A stretch of DNA of 64,000 nt, taken from Escherichia coli (GTDB lineage Bacteria; Pseudomonadota; Gammaproteobacteria; Enterobacterales; Enterobacteriaceae). Every line of letters begins with the position of its first letter. Position 1 is the first letter of the stretch. The notes under the pieces were generated by a model that saw only the letters and a list, made by a program, of their open reading frames with translations, did not search any database and was not told the DNA's origin. The translations under genes were made by a program, and so were the position numbers. Shown one piece after another: positions 1 through 12,282 of this stretch. The stretch is taken from assembly GCF_030013595.1 (NCBI RefSeq), contig NZ_CP122768.1; one strand, 5' to 3'.

Positions 1-1694
1 ACAAAGTTCCCGCCGATCAACTGCGTAAAGGCGATATCGTACTGGTGGAAGCTGGCGATATTATCCCCTGCGATGGTGAAGTCATTGAAGGGGGCGCATC
101 GGTCGATGAAAGCGCCATTACCGGGGAATCGGCACCGGTGATCCGTGAATCCGGCGGCGATTTTGCCTCCGTCACTGGCGGCACGCGTATTCTTTCTGAC
201 TGGCTGGTGATTGAGTGCAGCGTTAACCCCGGCGAGACATTTCTGGATCGGATGATCGCGATGGTGGAAGGCGCGCAGCGACGCAAAACGCCGAACGAGA
301 TTGCCCTGACCATCCTGCTGATTGCCCTGACTATCGTCTTTTTACTGGCAACCGCCACGCTGTGGCCGTTTTCCGCGTGGGGCGGTAATGCAGTCAGCGT
401 AACGGTACTGGTGGCGCTGCTGGTCTGTCTGATCCCAACGACCATTGGCGGTCTGTTGTCAGCGATCGGCGTCGCCGGGATGAGTCGGATGCTGGGCGCG
501 AATGTGATTGCCACCAGCGGACGTGCAGTTGAAGCGGCGGGTGACGTTGACGTCCTGCTGCTGGATAAAACCGGCACAATCACGCTAGGTAACCGTCAGG
601 CATCGGAGTTTATCCCTGCACAGGGCGTAGAGGAAAAAACGCTGGCCGACGCCGCACAACTGGCTTCGCTGGCTGATGAAACGCCGGAAGGTCGCAGTAT
701 TGTGATCCTCGCCAAGCAGCGTTTTAACCTGCGCGAGCGCGATGTGCAGTCGCTCCACGCAACCTTTGTACCGTTTACTGCGCAAAGCCGGATGAGCGGG
801 ATCAACATCGACAACCGCATGATCCGTAAAGGTTCTGTCGATGCCATTCGCCGCCATGTTGAGGCTAATGGTGGTCACTTCCCTGCCGATGTCGATCAAA
901 AAGTCGATCAGGTTGCGCGTCAGGGGGCCACGCCGCTGGTGGTGGTGGAAGGTTCCCGTGTGCTGGGCGTTATTGCGCTGAAAGATATCGTCAAAGGCGG
1001 TATTAAAGAGCGCTTCGCCCAGCTGCGCAAAATGGGCATTAAAACGGTGATGATTACCGGCGATAACCGTCTGACTGCCGCCGCCATTGCTGCGGAAGCG
1101 GGCGTCGATGATTTTCTCGCCGAAGCAACACCGGAGGCCAAGCTGGCATTGATTCGTCAGTATCAGGCAGAAGGCCGTTTAGTGGCGATGACCGGCGACG
1201 GCACCAACGATGCTCCGGCGCTGGCGCAGGCAGATGTCGCGGTGGCGATGAACTCCGGTACTCAGGCGGCGAAAGAAGCGGGCAATATGGTGGATCTCGA
1301 CTCTAACCCGACCAAGTTGATCGAGGTGGTGCATATTGGCAAACAGATGCTGATGACCCGTGGCTCGCTCACTACCTTCAGCATTGCCAACGATGTAGCG
1401 AAATACTTCGCCATTATTCCGGCGGCGTTCGCGGCAACATATCCGCAGTTAAATGCGCTGAACATCATGCGCCTGCATTCGCCCGACTCCGCAATCCTCA
1501 GTGCGGTCATTTTCAACGCCTTGATTATCGTCTTTTTGATTCCCCTGGCGTTAAAAGGCGTGAGTTATAAACCGCTTACCGCTTCTGCCATGTTGCGCCG
1601 TAACTTATGGATTTACGGTCTGGGTGGGCTGCTGGTGCCATTTATTGGTATCAAAGTCATTGATTTACTGCTGACCGTTTGCGGTCTGGTGTGA
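1..1694 (+). CDS. kdpB: K+-transporting P-type ATPase subunit B, 5'-truncated by window edge (C-terminal ~560 aa)
   Basis: ORF in frame from window start to stop at 1692-1694; P-type ATPase motifs DKTGTIT and [12 protein letters not shown] in translation; followed by kdpC-kdpD-kdpE. Confidence 0.95.
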   Translation, partial: KVPADQLRKGDIVLVEAGDIIPCDGEVIEGGASVDESAITGESAPVIRESGGDFASVTGGTRILSDWLVIECSVNPGETFLDRMIAMVEGAQRRKTPNEIALTILLIALTIVFLLATATLWPFSAWGGNAVSVTVLVALLVCLIPTTIGGLLSAIGVAGMSRMLGANVIATSGRAVEAAGDVDVLLLDKTGTITLGNRQASEFIPAQGVEEKTLADAAQLASLADETPEGRSIVILAKQRFNLRERDVQSLHATFVPFTAQSRMSGINIDNRMIRKGSVDAIRRHVEANGGHFPADVDQKVDQVARQGATPLVVVEGSRVLGVIALKDIVKGGIKERFAQLRKMGIKTVMITGDNRLTAAAIAAEAGVDDFLAEATPEAKLALIRQYQAEGRLVAMTGDGTNDAPALAQADVAVAMNSGTQAAKEAGNMVDLDSNPTKLIEVVHIGKQMLMTRGSLTTFSIANDVAKYFAIIPAAFAATYPQLNALNIMRLHSPDSAILSAVIFNALIIVFLIPLALKGVSYKPLTASAMLRRNLWIYGLGGLLVPFIGIKVIDLLLTVCGLV

Positions 1695-1702
1695 GGTTTA
1701 CC

Positions 1703-2275
1703 ATGCGTGGATTACGTCCGGCATTATCGACATTTATCTTTCTGTTATTGATTACTGGCGGCGTTTACCCCCTGCTAACCACCGCGCTGGGGCAATGGTG
1801 GTTTCCCTGGCAGGCCAACGGTTCGTTGATTCGTGAAGGTGATACGGTGCGCGGTTCGGCATTAATTGGGCAGAATTTTACCGGCAACGGCTATTTTCAT
1901 GGTCGCCCGTCGGCAACGGCAGAAATGCCCTATAATCCACAGGCTTCTGGCGGGAGCAATTTGGCGGTCAGTAACCCTGAGCTGGATAAACTAATAGCCG
2001 CACGCGTTGCTGCATTACGGGCCGCTAACCCGGATGCCAGCGCGAGCGTTCCGGTTGAACTGGTGACGGCATCGGCAAGCGGGCTGGACAATAACATCAC
2101 CCCGCAAGCGGCAGCCTGGCAGATCCCACGCGTGGCGAAAGCGCGTAATCTCAGCGTTGAACAGCTCACGCAACTGATCGCAAAATACAGCCAACAACCG
2201 CTGGTGAAATATATCGGCCAGCCGGTCGTCAACATTGTCGAACTCAATCTGGCGCTGGATAAGCTTGATGAATAA
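1703..2275 (+). CDS. kdpC: K+-transporting ATPase subunit C (190 aa)
   Basis: ORF track 1679..2275; start placed at internal ATG 1703 ([15 protein letters not shown]...) by match to KdpC N-terminus; overlaps kdpB stop. Confidence 0.9.
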   Translation: MRGLRPALSTFIFLLLITGGVYPLLTTALGQWWFPWQANGSLIREGDTVRGSALIGQNFTGNGYFHGRPSATAEMPYNPQASGGSNLAVSNPELDKLIAARVAALRAANPDASASVPVELVTASASGLDNNITPQAAAWQIPRVAKARNLSVEQLTQLIAKYSQQPLVKYIGQPVVNIVELNLALDKLDE

Positions 2276-4952
2276 CGAACCCTTACGTCCCGACCCCGAT
2301 CGTCTGCTGGAACAAACTGCCGCGCCGCATCGGGGGAAGCTGAAAGTTTTCTTCGGTGCCTGCGCAGGCGTCGGGAAGACCTGGGCGATGCTGGCAGAAG
2401 CCCAGCGACTGCGGGCGCAAGGGCTGGATATTGTGGTTGGCGTGGTAGAAACCCACGGGCGGAAAGATACCGCCGCAATGCTGGAAGGGCTGGCTGTTCT
2501 GCCGTTAAAACGCCAGGCGTACCGTGGGCGGCACATCAGCGAGTTTGATCTCGATGCCGCCCTCGCCCGCCGTCCGGCACTGATCTTAATGGACGAACTG
2601 GCGCACAGTAATGCGCCAGGTTCTCGTCATCCTAAACGCTGGCAGGACATCGAAGAGCTGCTGGAAGCTGGCATTGATGTTTTCACAACCGTCAACGTTC
2701 AGCATCTGGAAAGTCTGAATGATGTGGTCAGCGGCGTCACCGGAATTCAGGTACGGGAAACCGTGCCCGATCCTTTTTTCGATGCCGCCGACGACGTGGT
2801 GCTGGTGGACTTGCCCCCGGACGATCTGCGTCAACGGCTGAAAGAAGGTAAAGTCTATATTGCCGGGCAGGCGGAACGCGCCATTGAACATTTTTTTCGC
2901 AAAGGCAATCTGATCGCCCTGCGCGAACTGGCACTGCGCCGTACTGCCGATCGCGTAGATGAGCAAATGCGCGCCTGGCGGGGGCATCCTGGCGAAGAGA
3001 AAGTCTGGCACACGCGCGACGCGATCCTTTTATGCATCGGGCATAACACCGGCAGCGAAAAACTGGTCCGCGCGGCGGCGCGGCTGGCGTCACGGCTGGG
3101 TAGCGTCTGGCACGCGGTGTATGTTGAAACCCCTGCCCTGCATCGCTTACCAGAGAAAAAACGTCGGGCAATTCTCAGCGCCTTACGTCTGGCGCAGGAG
3201 CTGGGCGCAGAGACGGCAACACTTTCTGATCCAGCGGAAGAGAAAGCGATAGTGCGTTATGCCCGTGAACATAATCTCGGCAAGATTATTCTCGGTCGCC
3301 CAGCCTCGCGCCGCCGGTGGCGTCGGGAAACGTTTGCTGACCGACTGGCGCGCATCGCCCCCGATCTCGATCAGGTGCTGGTCGCGCTTGATGAACCACC
3401 CGCCCGCACGATAAACAACGCGCCGGATAGCCGCTCTTTTAAAGACAAGTGGCGGGTACAGATTCAGGGATGCGTGGTTGCCGCCGCGTTATGCGCCGTT
3501 ATCACCTTAATTGCCATGCAGTGGCTGATGGCGTTTGATGCCGCCAACCTGGTGATGCTGTACCTACTTGGCGTGGTGGTGGTGGCGCTATTTTATGGAC
3601 GCTGGCCTTCGGTGGTTGCTACCGTCATTAATGTGGTGAGTTTCGATCTCTTTTTTATCGCCCCACGCGGCACGCTCGCCGTCTCTGATGTGCAATATCT
3701 GCTGACCTTCGCGGTGATGTTAACCGTCGGGCTGGTGATCGGGAACCTTACTGCTGGCGTTCGTTATCAGGCGCGGGTAGCCCGTTACCGCGAGCAACGC
3801 ACACGGCACTTATATGAAATGTCGAAAGCTCTGGCGGTGGGCCGCAGTCCGCAGGACATCGCCGCCACCAGCGAACAATTTATTGCCTCCACGTTTCATG
3901 CCCGCAGTCAGGTGTTGTTGCCCGATGACAACGGTAAATTGCAGCCGTTAACACATCCGCAAGGAATGACGCCGTGGGACGATGCCATCGCGCAGTGGAG
4001 TTTTGATAAAGGCCTGCCTGCGGGCGCGGGCACCGACACGTTACCCGGTGTACCGTACCAGATTTTGCCGCTAAAAAGCGGCGAGAAAACCTACGGGCTG
4101 GTGGTGGTGGAACCGGGGAATCTGCGCCAGTTGATGATCCCGGAACAGCAACGCCTGCTGGAGACGTTTACGCTGTTAGTCGCCAATGCCCTTGAGCGGC
4201 TGACACTGACCGCCAGCGAAGAACAGGCGCGGATGGCAAGCGAACGAGAACAGATCCGCAACGCCCTGCTGGCGGCGCTTTCGCATGATTTACGCACGCC
4301 GCTTACGGTGCTGTTCGGTCAGGCAGAAATCTTAACGCTCGATCTGGCGAGCGAAGGATCGCCCCACGCCCGCCAGGCCAGCGAGATTCGTCAGCATGTG
4401 CTGAACACGACCCGACTGGTGAATAATCTACTGGATATGGCGCGAATTCAGTCCGGCGGCTTTAATTTGAAGAAAGAGTGGTTAACGCTGGAAGAAGTGG
4501 TCGGCAGCGCGCTGCAAATGCTGGAACCGGGTTTATCGTCGCCCATCAATCTTTCTCTGCCAGAACCGCTGACCTTAATCCACGTTGACGGGCCACTCTT
4601 TGAACGGGTGCTGATTAATCTGCTGGAGAACGCGGTGAAATACGCGGGGGCGCAGGCCGAAATTGGTATCGATGCCCACGTTGAGGGCGAGAAGCTACAA
4701 CTGGATGTCTGGGATAACGGCCCCGGTCTTCCGCCAGGCCAGGAGCAGACGATATTTGATAAGTTTGCTCGCGGGAATAAAGAGTCGGCGATACCGGGTG
4801 TCGGGCTTGGGCTGGCAATTTGTCGGGCGATTGTGGATGTACACGGCGGCACCATTACCGCGTTCAACCGACCGGAAGGTGGTGCCTGTTTTCGTGTTAC
4901 ACTTCCCCAGCAAACTGCCCCTGAACTTGAAGAATTTCATGAGGATATGTGA
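2268..4952 (+). CDS. kdpD: Sensor histidine kinase KdpD (894 aa)
   Basis: Start at ATG 2268 ([12 protein letters not shown]...) overlapping kdpC stop; Walker-A-like GACAGVGKT, four TM helices, H-box LSHDLRTPL, ATPase G-box [11 protein letters not shown]. Confidence 0.95.
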   Translation: MNNEPLRPDPDRLLEQTAAPHRGKLKVFFGACAGVGKTWAMLAEAQRLRAQGLDIVVGVVETHGRKDTAAMLEGLAVLPLKRQAYRGRHISEFDLDAALARRPALILMDELAHSNAPGSRHPKRWQDIEELLEAGIDVFTTVNVQHLESLNDVVSGVTGIQVRETVPDPFFDAADDVVLVDLPPDDLRQRLKEGKVYIAGQAERAIEHFFRKGNLIALRELALRRTADRVDEQMRAWRGHPGEEKVWHTRDAILLCIGHNTGSEKLVRAAARLASRLGSVWHAVYVETPALHRLPEKKRRAILSALRLAQELGAETATLSDPAEEKAIVRYAREHNLGKIILGRPASRRRWRRETFADRLARIAPDLDQVLVALDEPPARTINNAPDSRSFKDKWRVQIQGCVVAAALCAVITLIAMQWLMAFDAANLVMLYLLGVVVVALFYGRWPSVVATVINVVSFDLFFIAPRGTLAVSDVQYLLTFAVMLTVGLVIGNLTAGVRYQARVARYREQRTRHLYEMSKALAVGRSPQDIAATSEQFIASTFHARSQVLLPDDNGKLQPLTHPQGMTPWDDAIAQWSFDKGLPAGAGTDTLPGVPYQILPLKSGEKTYGLVVVEPGNLRQLMIPEQQRLLETFTLLVANALERLTLTASEEQARMASEREQIRNALLAALSHDLRTPLTVLFGQAEILTLDLASEGSPHARQASEIRQHVLNTTRLVNNLLDMARIQSGGFNLKKEWLTLEEVVGSALQMLEPGLSSPINLSLPEPLTLIHVDGPLFERVLINLLENAVKYAGAQAEIGIDAHVEGEKLQLDVWDNGPGLPPGQEQTIFDKFARGNKESAIPGVGLGLAICRAIVDVHGGTITAFNRPEGGACFRVTLPQQTAPELEEFHEDM

Positions 4953-5626
4953 CAAACGTTCTGATTGTTGAAGATGAACAGGCTATTCGTCGCTTTCTGC
5001 GCACGGCGCTGGAGGGCGACGGTATGCGCGTCTTTGAGGCCGAAACGCTGCAACGCGGCTTGCTGGAAGCGGCAACCCGTAAGCCAGATTTGATTATTCT
5101 CGATCTCGGCCTGCCCGATGGTGATGGGATTGAGTTTATCCGCGACCTGCGCCAGTGGAGCGCGGTGCCGGTGATTGTGCTTTCCGCACGTAGCGAAGAG
5201 AGCGACAAAATCGCCGCGCTGGATGCCGGAGCGGATGATTATCTGAGTAAGCCGTTTGGCATTGGCGAATTGCAGGCCCGTCTGCGCGTCGCATTACGCC
5301 GCCACTCTGCCACCACCACGCCCGATCCGCTGGTGAAATTTTCCAATGTTACCGTCGATTTAGCGGCTCGAGTGATCCATCGCGGTGAGGAAGAGGTGCA
5401 TCTCACCCCGATTGAGTTCCGCCTGCTGGCGGTGTTGCTTAATAATGCGGGAAAAGTGCTCACCCAGCGCCAGCTCCTTAACCAGGTGTGGGGGCCAAAC
5501 GCGGTCGAACACAGTCATTATTTGCGTATTTATATGGGGCATCTGCGACAAAAACTGGAACAGGATCCCGCCCGCCCACGCCATTTCATTACTGAAACCG
5601 GTATTGGGTATCGGTTTATGCTTTGA
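4949..5626 (+). CDS. kdpE: OmpR-family response regulator KdpE (225 aa), GTG start
   Basis: ORF 4949..5626 overlapping kdpD stop (ATGTGA); receiver domain with IILDLGLPDGDG; winged-helix C-terminus. Confidence 0.95.
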   Translation: MTNVLIVEDEQAIRRFLRTALEGDGMRVFEAETLQRGLLEAATRKPDLIILDLGLPDGDGIEFIRDLRQWSAVPVIVLSARSEESDKIAALDAGADDYLSKPFGIGELQARLRVALRRHSATTTPDPLVKFSNVTVDLAARVIHRGEEEVHLTPIEFRLLAVLLNNAGKVLTQRQLLNQVWGPNAVEHSHYLRIYMGHLRQKLEQDPARPRHFITETGIGYRFML

Positions 5627-5670
5627 ATTGTTATTCAATAAATTCGCTTTAATAGTGATTAATTTATTAT

Positions 5671-5706
5671 TAAACCTGCTCCAAATATTATTATTTGGCA
5701 GGTTTA
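5671..5706 (+). terminator. Hairpin downstream of kdpE (candidate terminator)
   Basis: Inverted repeat TAAACCTGC...GCAGGTTTA followed by ATTTCTT. Confidence 0.45.
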
Positions 5707-5900
5707 ATTTCTTAACGCAAATATAAAACACGAAATTACAACATTTAAGTAACAAAACAGCATCTAATATGGCAATATTCATAATTAATGATTTATTATC
5801 TGGGGTATGATCGTTTTTTGTTGATCTTCTTCACAGATTATAGCCATTTCATGGATAGAATAACTCTACCTTCAACTGACACAGCAAGAGGTAAAGGTAA

Positions 5901-6005
5901 ATGGAAAATAATAACCGCTTAATGCCTCATATAAGGCGGACAACCCATATCATGAAGTTTGCCCATCGTAATAGTTTTGACTTTCATTTCTTTAATGCCC
6001 GCTAG
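5901..6005 (+). CDS. speFL: speF leader arrest peptide SpeFL (34 codons)
   Basis: ATG at 5901 preceded by AAGAGG/AAAGG; hand translation MENNNRLMPHIRRTTHIMKFAHRNSFDFHFFNAR then TAG at 6003-6005; about 300 nt upstream of speF; too short for the ORF track. Confidence 0.8.
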   Translation: MENNNRLMPHIRRTTHIMKFAHRNSFDFHFFNAR

Positions 6006-6315
6006 TCTTCTGACTAAAGGGCACCCCAACGTACAGGTCTCCCTGACTTTAAGCATTACAGGTTAATACCTGTATCCCTCGGTGCTCATATACTGCTAAC
6101 CCTTTTAAACTCTAAATAATTCGAGTCGCAGCACTTGCAACTTGAGGTATGACGAGTATAGCCAGTTACCGGGCTGGTCTGGGTTATTGCATCTACAAAA
6201 AGCAAACTACTGATTTATTTATCAGCGGTGGGGTTTTGCTTTTTTTCCGGCGTGATCGATTTCTCCTTTGAGAAATTGAGGACCTGCTATTACCTGAAAT
6301 AAAGAGATGAACAAA

Positions 6316-8514
6316 ATGTCAGAATTAAAAATTGCCGTTAGTCGTTCTTGCCCGGATTGTTTTTCAACTCATCGCACATGCGTGAATATTGACGAAAGTA
6401 ATTATATTGACGTTGCCGCCATTATTTTATCGGTCAATGATGTGGAACGTGGAAAACTCGATGAAATAGACGCTACTGGCTATGGCATTCCTGTTTTTAT
6501 TGCAACGGAAAATGAAGAACGTGTACCCGCAGAATATCTGCCACGTATTTCTGGTGTCTTCGAACATTGCGAATCACGTAAAGAGTTTTATGGACGTCAG
6601 TTAGAAACCGCTGCAAGCCATTATGAAACGCAACTGCGCCCGCCCTTCTTCCGCGCACTGGTCGATTATGTTAATCAGGGCAATAGTGCTTTTGACTGCC
6701 CTGGTCATCAGGGGGGTGAGTTTTTCCGTCGCCATCCGGCAGGCAATCAGTTCGTGGAATACTTTGGTGAGGCGCTGTTCCGTGCTGACTTGTGCAACGC
6801 CGACGTAGCGATGGGCGATCTGCTGATTCACGAAGGCGCGCCATGCATTGCACAGCAACATGCGGCTAAAGTCTTTAATGCCGATAAAACCTATTTCGTT
6901 TTAAACGGTACTTCATCTTCTAATAAAGTGGTCTTAAACGCATTGCTGACGCCGGGCGATCTGGTGTTGTTTGACCGCAATAACCATAAATCTAACCACC
7001 ACGGTGCGTTGCTACAGGCTGGCGCGACACCGGTTTATCTGGAAACCGCACGTAACCCGTATGGTTTTATCGGTGGTATTGACGCTCACTGTTTTGAAGA
7101 AAGTTACCTGCGTGAGCTGATTATAGAAGTTGCACCGCAGCGGGCAAAAGAGGCTCGTCCTTTCCGCCTCGCCGTTATTCAGCTAGGCACTTACGACGGT
7201 ACGATTTATAACGCCCGTCAGGTGGTGGATAAAATTGGTCATCTGTGTGACTACATCCTCTTTGACTCCGCATGGGTCGGCTATGAGCAGTTTATCCCGA
7301 TGATGGCGGACTGTTCACCACTGTTGCTGGATCTTAATGAGAACGATCCGGGTATTCTGGTTACGCAATCCGTACATAAACAGCAGGCTGGTTTTTCTCA
7401 AACTTCACAAATCCATAAAAAAGACAACCACATCAAAGGGCAACAGCGTTATGTACCGCACAAACGCATGAACAACGCCTTTATGATGCACGCCTCCACC
7501 AGCCCGTTCTATCCGCTGTTTGCCGCACTGGATATCAACGCCAAAATGCATGAAGGTGTCAGCGGTCGTAATATGTGGATGGATTGTGTGGTAAATGGCA
7601 TTAATGCCCGCAAACTGATCCTCGATAACTGTCAGCATATTCGTCCGTTCGTACCTGAACTGGTGGATGGTAAACCCTGGCAGTCGTATGAAACAGCGCA
7701 AATTGCGGTTGATCTGCGCTTCTTCCAGTTTGTACCAGGGGAACACTGGCATTCTTTTGAAGGCTATGCAGAGAATCAATACTTTGTTGATCCGTGCAAA
7801 CTGTTGCTGACAACCCCAGGTATTGATGCACGTAACGGCGAATATGAAGCGTTCGGTGTACCCGCGACGATTCTTGCTAATTTCCTGCGCGAAAATGGCG
7901 TAGTGCCGGAAAAATGCGATCTTAACTCCATCCTCTTCCTGCTGACTCCAGCAGAAGATATGGCCAAACTTCAGCAACTTGTTGCCCTGCTGGTACGCTT
8001 CGAAAAACTGCTGGAATCTGATGCGCCGCTGGCGGAAGTGCTACCTTCCATCTACAAACAGCATGAAGAGCGCTACGCCGGTTATACGCTTCGTCAGTTG
8101 TGCCAGGAAATGCATGATTTGTATGCCCGCCACAACGTGAAACAACTGCAAAAAGAGATGTTCCGTAAGGAACACTTCCCACGCGTCAGCATGAATCCGC
8201 AAGAAGCTAACTACGCCTATTTACGCGGTGAAGTGGAGCTGGTTCGTCTGCCGGATGCAGAAGGCCGTATCGCTGCCGAAGGTGCGCTTCCTTATCCTCC
8301 GGGTGTGCTGTGTGTTGTTCCGGGTGAAATCTGGGGTGGTGCTGTTTTGCGTTACTTCAGCGCTCTGGAAGAAGGGATCAACCTGCTGCCAGGTTTTGCA
8401 CCGGAGCTGCAGGGTGTCTATATCGAAGAACATGATGGTCGTAAGCAAGTTTGGTGCTATGTCATCAAGCCTCGTGATGCGCAAAGCACCCTGTTGAAAG
8501 GGGAAAAATTATGA
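6316..8514 (+). CDS. speF: Inducible ornithine decarboxylase SpeF (PLP-dependent)
   Basis: ORF track 6307..8514; start placed at ATG 6316 (MSELKIAV...) with AAGAG 10 nt upstream; ATG 6307 is the alternative; full-length match to SpeF. Confidence 0.92.
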   Translation: MSELKIAVSRSCPDCFSTHRTCVNIDESNYIDVAAIILSVNDVERGKLDEIDATGYGIPVFIATENEERVPAEYLPRISGVFEHCESRKEFYGRQLETAASHYETQLRPPFFRALVDYVNQGNSAFDCPGHQGGEFFRRHPAGNQFVEYFGEALFRADLCNADVAMGDLLIHEGAPCIAQQHAAKVFNADKTYFVLNGTSSSNKVVLNALLTPGDLVLFDRNNHKSNHHGALLQAGATPVYLETARNPYGFIGGIDAHCFEESYLRELIIEVAPQRAKEARPFRLAVIQLGTYDGTIYNARQVVDKIGHLCDYILFDSAWVGYEQFIPMMADCSPLLLDLNENDPGILVTQSVHKQQAGFSQTSQIHKKDNHIKGQQRYVPHKRMNNAFMMHASTSPFYPLFAALDINAKMHEGVSGRNMWMDCVVNGINARKLILDNCQHIRPFVPELVDGKPWQSYETAQIAVDLRFFQFVPGEHWHSFEGYAENQYFVDPCKLLLTTPGIDARNGEYEAFGVPATILANFLRENGVVPEKCDLNSILFLLTPAEDMAKLQQLVALLVRFEKLLESDAPLAEVLPSIYKQHEERYAGYTLRQLCQEMHDLYARHNVKQLQKEMFRKEHFPRVSMNPQEANYAYLRGEVELVRLPDAEGRIAAEGALPYPPGVLCVVPGEIWGGAVLRYFSALEEGINLLPGFAPELQGVYIEEHDGRKQVWCYVIKPRDAQSTLLKGEKL

Positions 8515-9830
8515 GTCAGGCTAAATCGAACAAAATGGGCGTCGTTCAGTTAACCATACTGACGATGGTCAACATGATGGGCTCCGGTATCATCATGCTG
8601 CCGACAAAGCTTGCCGAAGTTGGGACAATTTCAATTATCTCCTGGCTGGTGACAGCCGTAGGCTCAATGGCACTGGCATGGGCATTCGCAAAATGCGGTA
8701 TGTTCAGCCGTAAATCAGGCGGTATGGGCGGTTATGCGGAGTATGCTTTCGGTAAATCCGGGAACTTTATGGCGAACTATACCTACGGCGTCTCACTGCT
8801 AATTGCTAACGTCGCGATTGCTATTTCGGCGGTTGGTTACGGCACCGAACTGCTCGGCGCGAGTTTGTCGCCAGTGCAGATTGGTCTTGCGACCATCGGG
8901 GTGCTGTGGATTTGTACCGTGGCTAACTTTGGTGGTGCGCGCATTACCGGGCAAATCAGTAGCATTACCGTGTGGGGGGTCATTATTCCGGTGGTAGGCC
9001 TGTGCGTTATCGGCTGGTTCTGGTTTAGCCCGACGCTTTACGTTGATTCCTGGAATCCGCATCATGCACCGTTCTTCAGTGCGGTAGGTTCTTCCATCGC
9101 TATGACGCTGTGGGCTTTTCTTGGTCTGGAGTCTGCGTGTGCGAATACTGATGTAGTGGAAAACCCGGAACGTAATGTGCCAATCGCGGTACTCGGCGGT
9201 ACGTTAGGTGCGGCGGTGATTTATATCGTCTCCACCAACGTGATTGCAGGGATTGTGCCTAATATGGAGCTGGCAAATTCAACGGCACCATTTGGCCTGG
9301 CCTTCGCACAGATGTTCACGCCAGAAGTGGGTAAAGTCATTATGGCGCTGATGGTGATGTCCTGCTGCGGTTCGCTGCTTGGCTGGCAGTTCACCATTGC
9401 CCAGGTGTTTAAATCTTCATCTGATGAAGGCTACTTCCCTAAAATTTTCTCCCGTGTAACCAAAGTGGATGCACCGGTGCAGGGAATGTTGACCATTGTG
9501 ATTATCCAGAGCGGGTTGGCGCTGATGACGATTAGCCCGTCGCTAAACAGTCAGTTCAACGTGCTGGTTAACCTGGCCGTGGTGACCAATATCATTCCGT
9601 ATATTCTGTCAATGGCGGCATTAGTCATTATTCAGAAGGTCGCTAATGTGCCCCCCTCAAAAGCGAAAGTTGCAAACTTTGTTGCTTTTGTTGGCGCGAT
9701 GTACAGCTTTTATGCGCTGTACTCATCCGGGGAAGAAGCCATGCTATACGGTTCCATCGTGACCTTCCTCGGTTGGACACTGTATGGTCTGGTCTCACCA
9801 CGCTTTGAACTGAAAAATAAACACGGTTAA
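8511..9830 (+). CDS. potE: Putrescine-ornithine antiporter PotE (439 aa)
   Basis: ORF overlaps speF stop (ATGA); polytopic APC-family transporter; speF-potE operon order. Confidence 0.95.
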   Translation: MSQAKSNKMGVVQLTILTMVNMMGSGIIMLPTKLAEVGTISIISWLVTAVGSMALAWAFAKCGMFSRKSGGMGGYAEYAFGKSGNFMANYTYGVSLLIANVAIAISAVGYGTELLGASLSPVQIGLATIGVLWICTVANFGGARITGQISSITVWGVIIPVVGLCVIGWFWFSPTLYVDSWNPHHAPFFSAVGSSIAMTLWAFLGLESACANTDVVENPERNVPIAVLGGTLGAAVIYIVSTNVIAGIVPNMELANSTAPFGLAFAQMFTPEVGKVIMALMVMSCCGSLLGWQFTIAQVFKSSSDEGYFPKIFSRVTKVDAPVQGMLTIVIIQSGLALMTISPSLNSQFNVLVNLAVVTNIIPYILSMAALVIIQKVANVPPSKAKVANFVAFVGAMYSFYALYSSGEEAMLYGSIVTFLGWTLYGLVSPRFELKNKHG

Positions 9831-9841
9831 TTAAGCAAAGC

Positions 9842-9875
9842 AAAAAAGGGCGATCTTCCGACCGCCCTTTTTCTT
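9842..9875. terminator. Bidirectional rho-independent terminator between potE and pgm
   Basis: AAAAAGGGCG-loop-CGCCCTTTTT hairpin with A-run and T-run on either side, between convergent genes. Confidence 0.7.
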
Positions 9876-9886
9876 ATTTAATGTGT

Positions 9887-11527
9887 TTACGCGTTTTTCA
9901 GAACTTCGCTAACAATCTCAACCGCTTCTTTCTCGATCTGCTTGCGATGCTCTTCACCGAGGAAGCTTTCGCAATAAATCTTGTACGCGTCTTCCGTGCC
10001 TGACGGACGCGCGGCGAACCAGCCGTTGTCAGTCATCACTTTCAGACCGCCAATAGAAGCACCGTTGCCCGGAGCAGCAGTCAGGCGTGCGGTGATCGGG
10101 TCACCTGCCAGGGTGCTGGCGCTCACCATTTCCGGAGACAGCTTAGACAGCGCCGCTTTTTGTGCGGAAGTCGCAGCTGCCTGCAAACGGTTGTAGCTCG
10201 GCGCACCAAAGCGTTTTGCCAGTTCGTTGTAGTGTTCCTGCGGGTTCTTACCGGTGACCGCGGTGATTTCTGCCGCCAGCAGACACATAATGATACCGTC
10301 TTTATCGGTTGACCACGGCGTGCCGTCGAAACGCAGGAAGGAAGCCCCTGCGCTCTCTTCGCCGCCAAAGCCGAAGCTGCCGTCGAACAGACCATCAACA
10401 AACCATTTGAAACCTACCGGGACTTCTACCAGCTTACGGCCCAAGTCATTGACCACACGGTCGATCATCGCAGATGAAACCAGCGTTTTACCGACAGCAA
10501 CATCTTTGCCCCACTGCGGACGATGCTGGAACAGGTAGTTGATCGCCACCGCCAGGTAGTGGTTCGGATTCATCAAACCTGCCGGAGTGACGATACCGTG
10601 ACGGTCATAATCCGGGTCGTTAGCAAACGCCAGATCGAACTTATCACGCAGTGCCAGCAGACCCGCCATCGCACACTCGGAGGAGCAGTCCATACGGATC
10701 GCACCGTCTTTATCGAGGTGCATAAAGCGGAAGGTTTGATCGACCTGATCGTTAACGATGGTCAGGTTGAGGTTGTAATACTCGCCAATGCGCTTCCAGT
10801 ATTCGATACCGGAACCACCCAGCGGATCAACGCCCAGCGTCAGGCCCGCTTTCTGAATCGCCGCCATATCAACGATATCGGCCAGCCCTTCCACAAACGG
10901 CTGCACCAGATCCTGCTCTTTCACATGACCGGATGCCATCGCTTCGTCGAGGGAGATACGCTTCACGCCTTTCAGGCCATCAGCCAGCAGTGCGTTGGCT
11001 CTGTCTTCCACCACTTTAGTGACGTTGGTATCAGCCGGGCCACCATTTGGCGGATTGTACTTGATACCACCATCTTCCGGCGGGTTATGGGACGGTGTAA
11101 TCACGATACCGTCTGCCAGCGGGCCACCTTTTTTATTGTGAACCAGGATGGCATTGGAAACGGCAGGCGTCGGAGTGAAGCCATTGTTTTCCTGCACAAT
11201 AACATCTACGCCGTTCGCTGCCAGCACTTCCAGTACGGAAATGAACGCAGGCTCGGACAGGGCGTGAGTATCTTTACCCACATAGCAAGGGCCAGTGATG
11301 CCGTTTTTCGCACGTTCTTCAGCAATTGCCTGAGCGATCGCCAGAATGTGCGGCTCGTTAAAGCTGTGGCGCGCTGCACTGCCACGGTGACCGGAAGTAC
11401 CGAATTTCACCGCGTGCTCCGCATTCCCTGCTTCTGGTTTCAGTACATAATATTGCGCCGTCAGTTGGGCGACGTTAATCAAATCACTCTGTTGTGCAGG
11501 TTGGCCTGCACGATTGTGGATTGCCAT
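9887..11527 (-). CDS. pgm: Phosphoglucomutase (546 aa)
   Basis: ORF track 9887..11578; start at internal Met (MAIHNRAGQ...); active-site motif TPSHNP. Confidence 0.95.
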
Positions 11528-11552
11528 TGCTTTGTCCTTTGTCTGCAACGTT

Positions 11553-12098
11553 TTAGATAGTTCCGCAAACCTTCTCAATCAATTCCGCCGGGAATTGCAT
11601 CGACTGCATGATGTGTTCGATCATGCTGCATTTACGGCCGGTGTTGGTGTTGGTGATCACCCAATACGGCGTGCCAGGCACATGTTTCGGCTTGGTCTGA
11701 TTACCATTTTTCAGCAGCGTTTGTTCATCTGCCGCAAAGTAAACGCGTGTACGACCGTGCAACGATTCCGTTGCTTCGGCAAACGCCTGGGCGTCAAGAG
11801 AATATAGTGTAGACAACAGCAGCATAAAGCGATTGACCGCTCGCTTTTGCTCTGCGTATTCATCCGAAAGCAGAAGTTCACGCATTGCGCGAACCTTGTC
11901 TTTAATCGTTTTGACCGGCTTCGCTTCGACGATAGCAGGTGACGCAACGCGAACCTCTTTCGTCACCGGAGCAGCAGGCTGTGATGCGGCGGAAAATTTC
12001 AACATACGCCGTAAAATGTCGGATGCGCTCTCGCCGATATGCTTAGTGTGGCTGGCAATATAGCTGTAGAGTTCATCATCAACTTCAATCGTTTTCAT
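11553..12098 (-). CDS. seqA: Replication initiation negative regulator SeqA (181 aa)
   Basis: ORF track 11553..12233; start at internal Met ([13 protein letters not shown]...); upstream of pgm on the same strand. Confidence 0.95.
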
Positions 12099-12282
12099 CT
12101 TAATCCAGTGCAGTGTCTTAGCTGAATACAAGTCGCCAGGAGTATATGAATAAATCCCGGCAGCGGATAGCGTCAAGCCTGGCTTGCAGAAAAACTCGGA
12201 ATAAACCTTATTTGTTGCAGCCCTGTGGCACAATGGTCAACATAATACCCTAACCCGACAACGCGAAAAAAAGAACTTTGCC

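Noticed and set aside
1679-2275. Longer kdpC start (ATG 1679) and longer speF start (ATG 6307) as given in the ORF track
   Set aside because: The internal ATGs (1703 and 6316) have better RBS spacing and match the known N-termini; the upstream ATGs are probably in-frame extensions.
5360-5782. 140-aa ORF on the minus strand spanning the kdpE 3' end and the AT-rich spacer
   Set aside because: Overlaps kdpE antisense and runs through a low-complexity AT-rich intergenic region (Asn/Lys/Ile-rich translation); no RBS.
10523-11560. 345-aa ORF on the plus strand inside pgm
   Set aside because: Antisense to a well-supported conserved gene; no RBS or recognisable domain; typical shadow ORF in GC-rich coding sequence.
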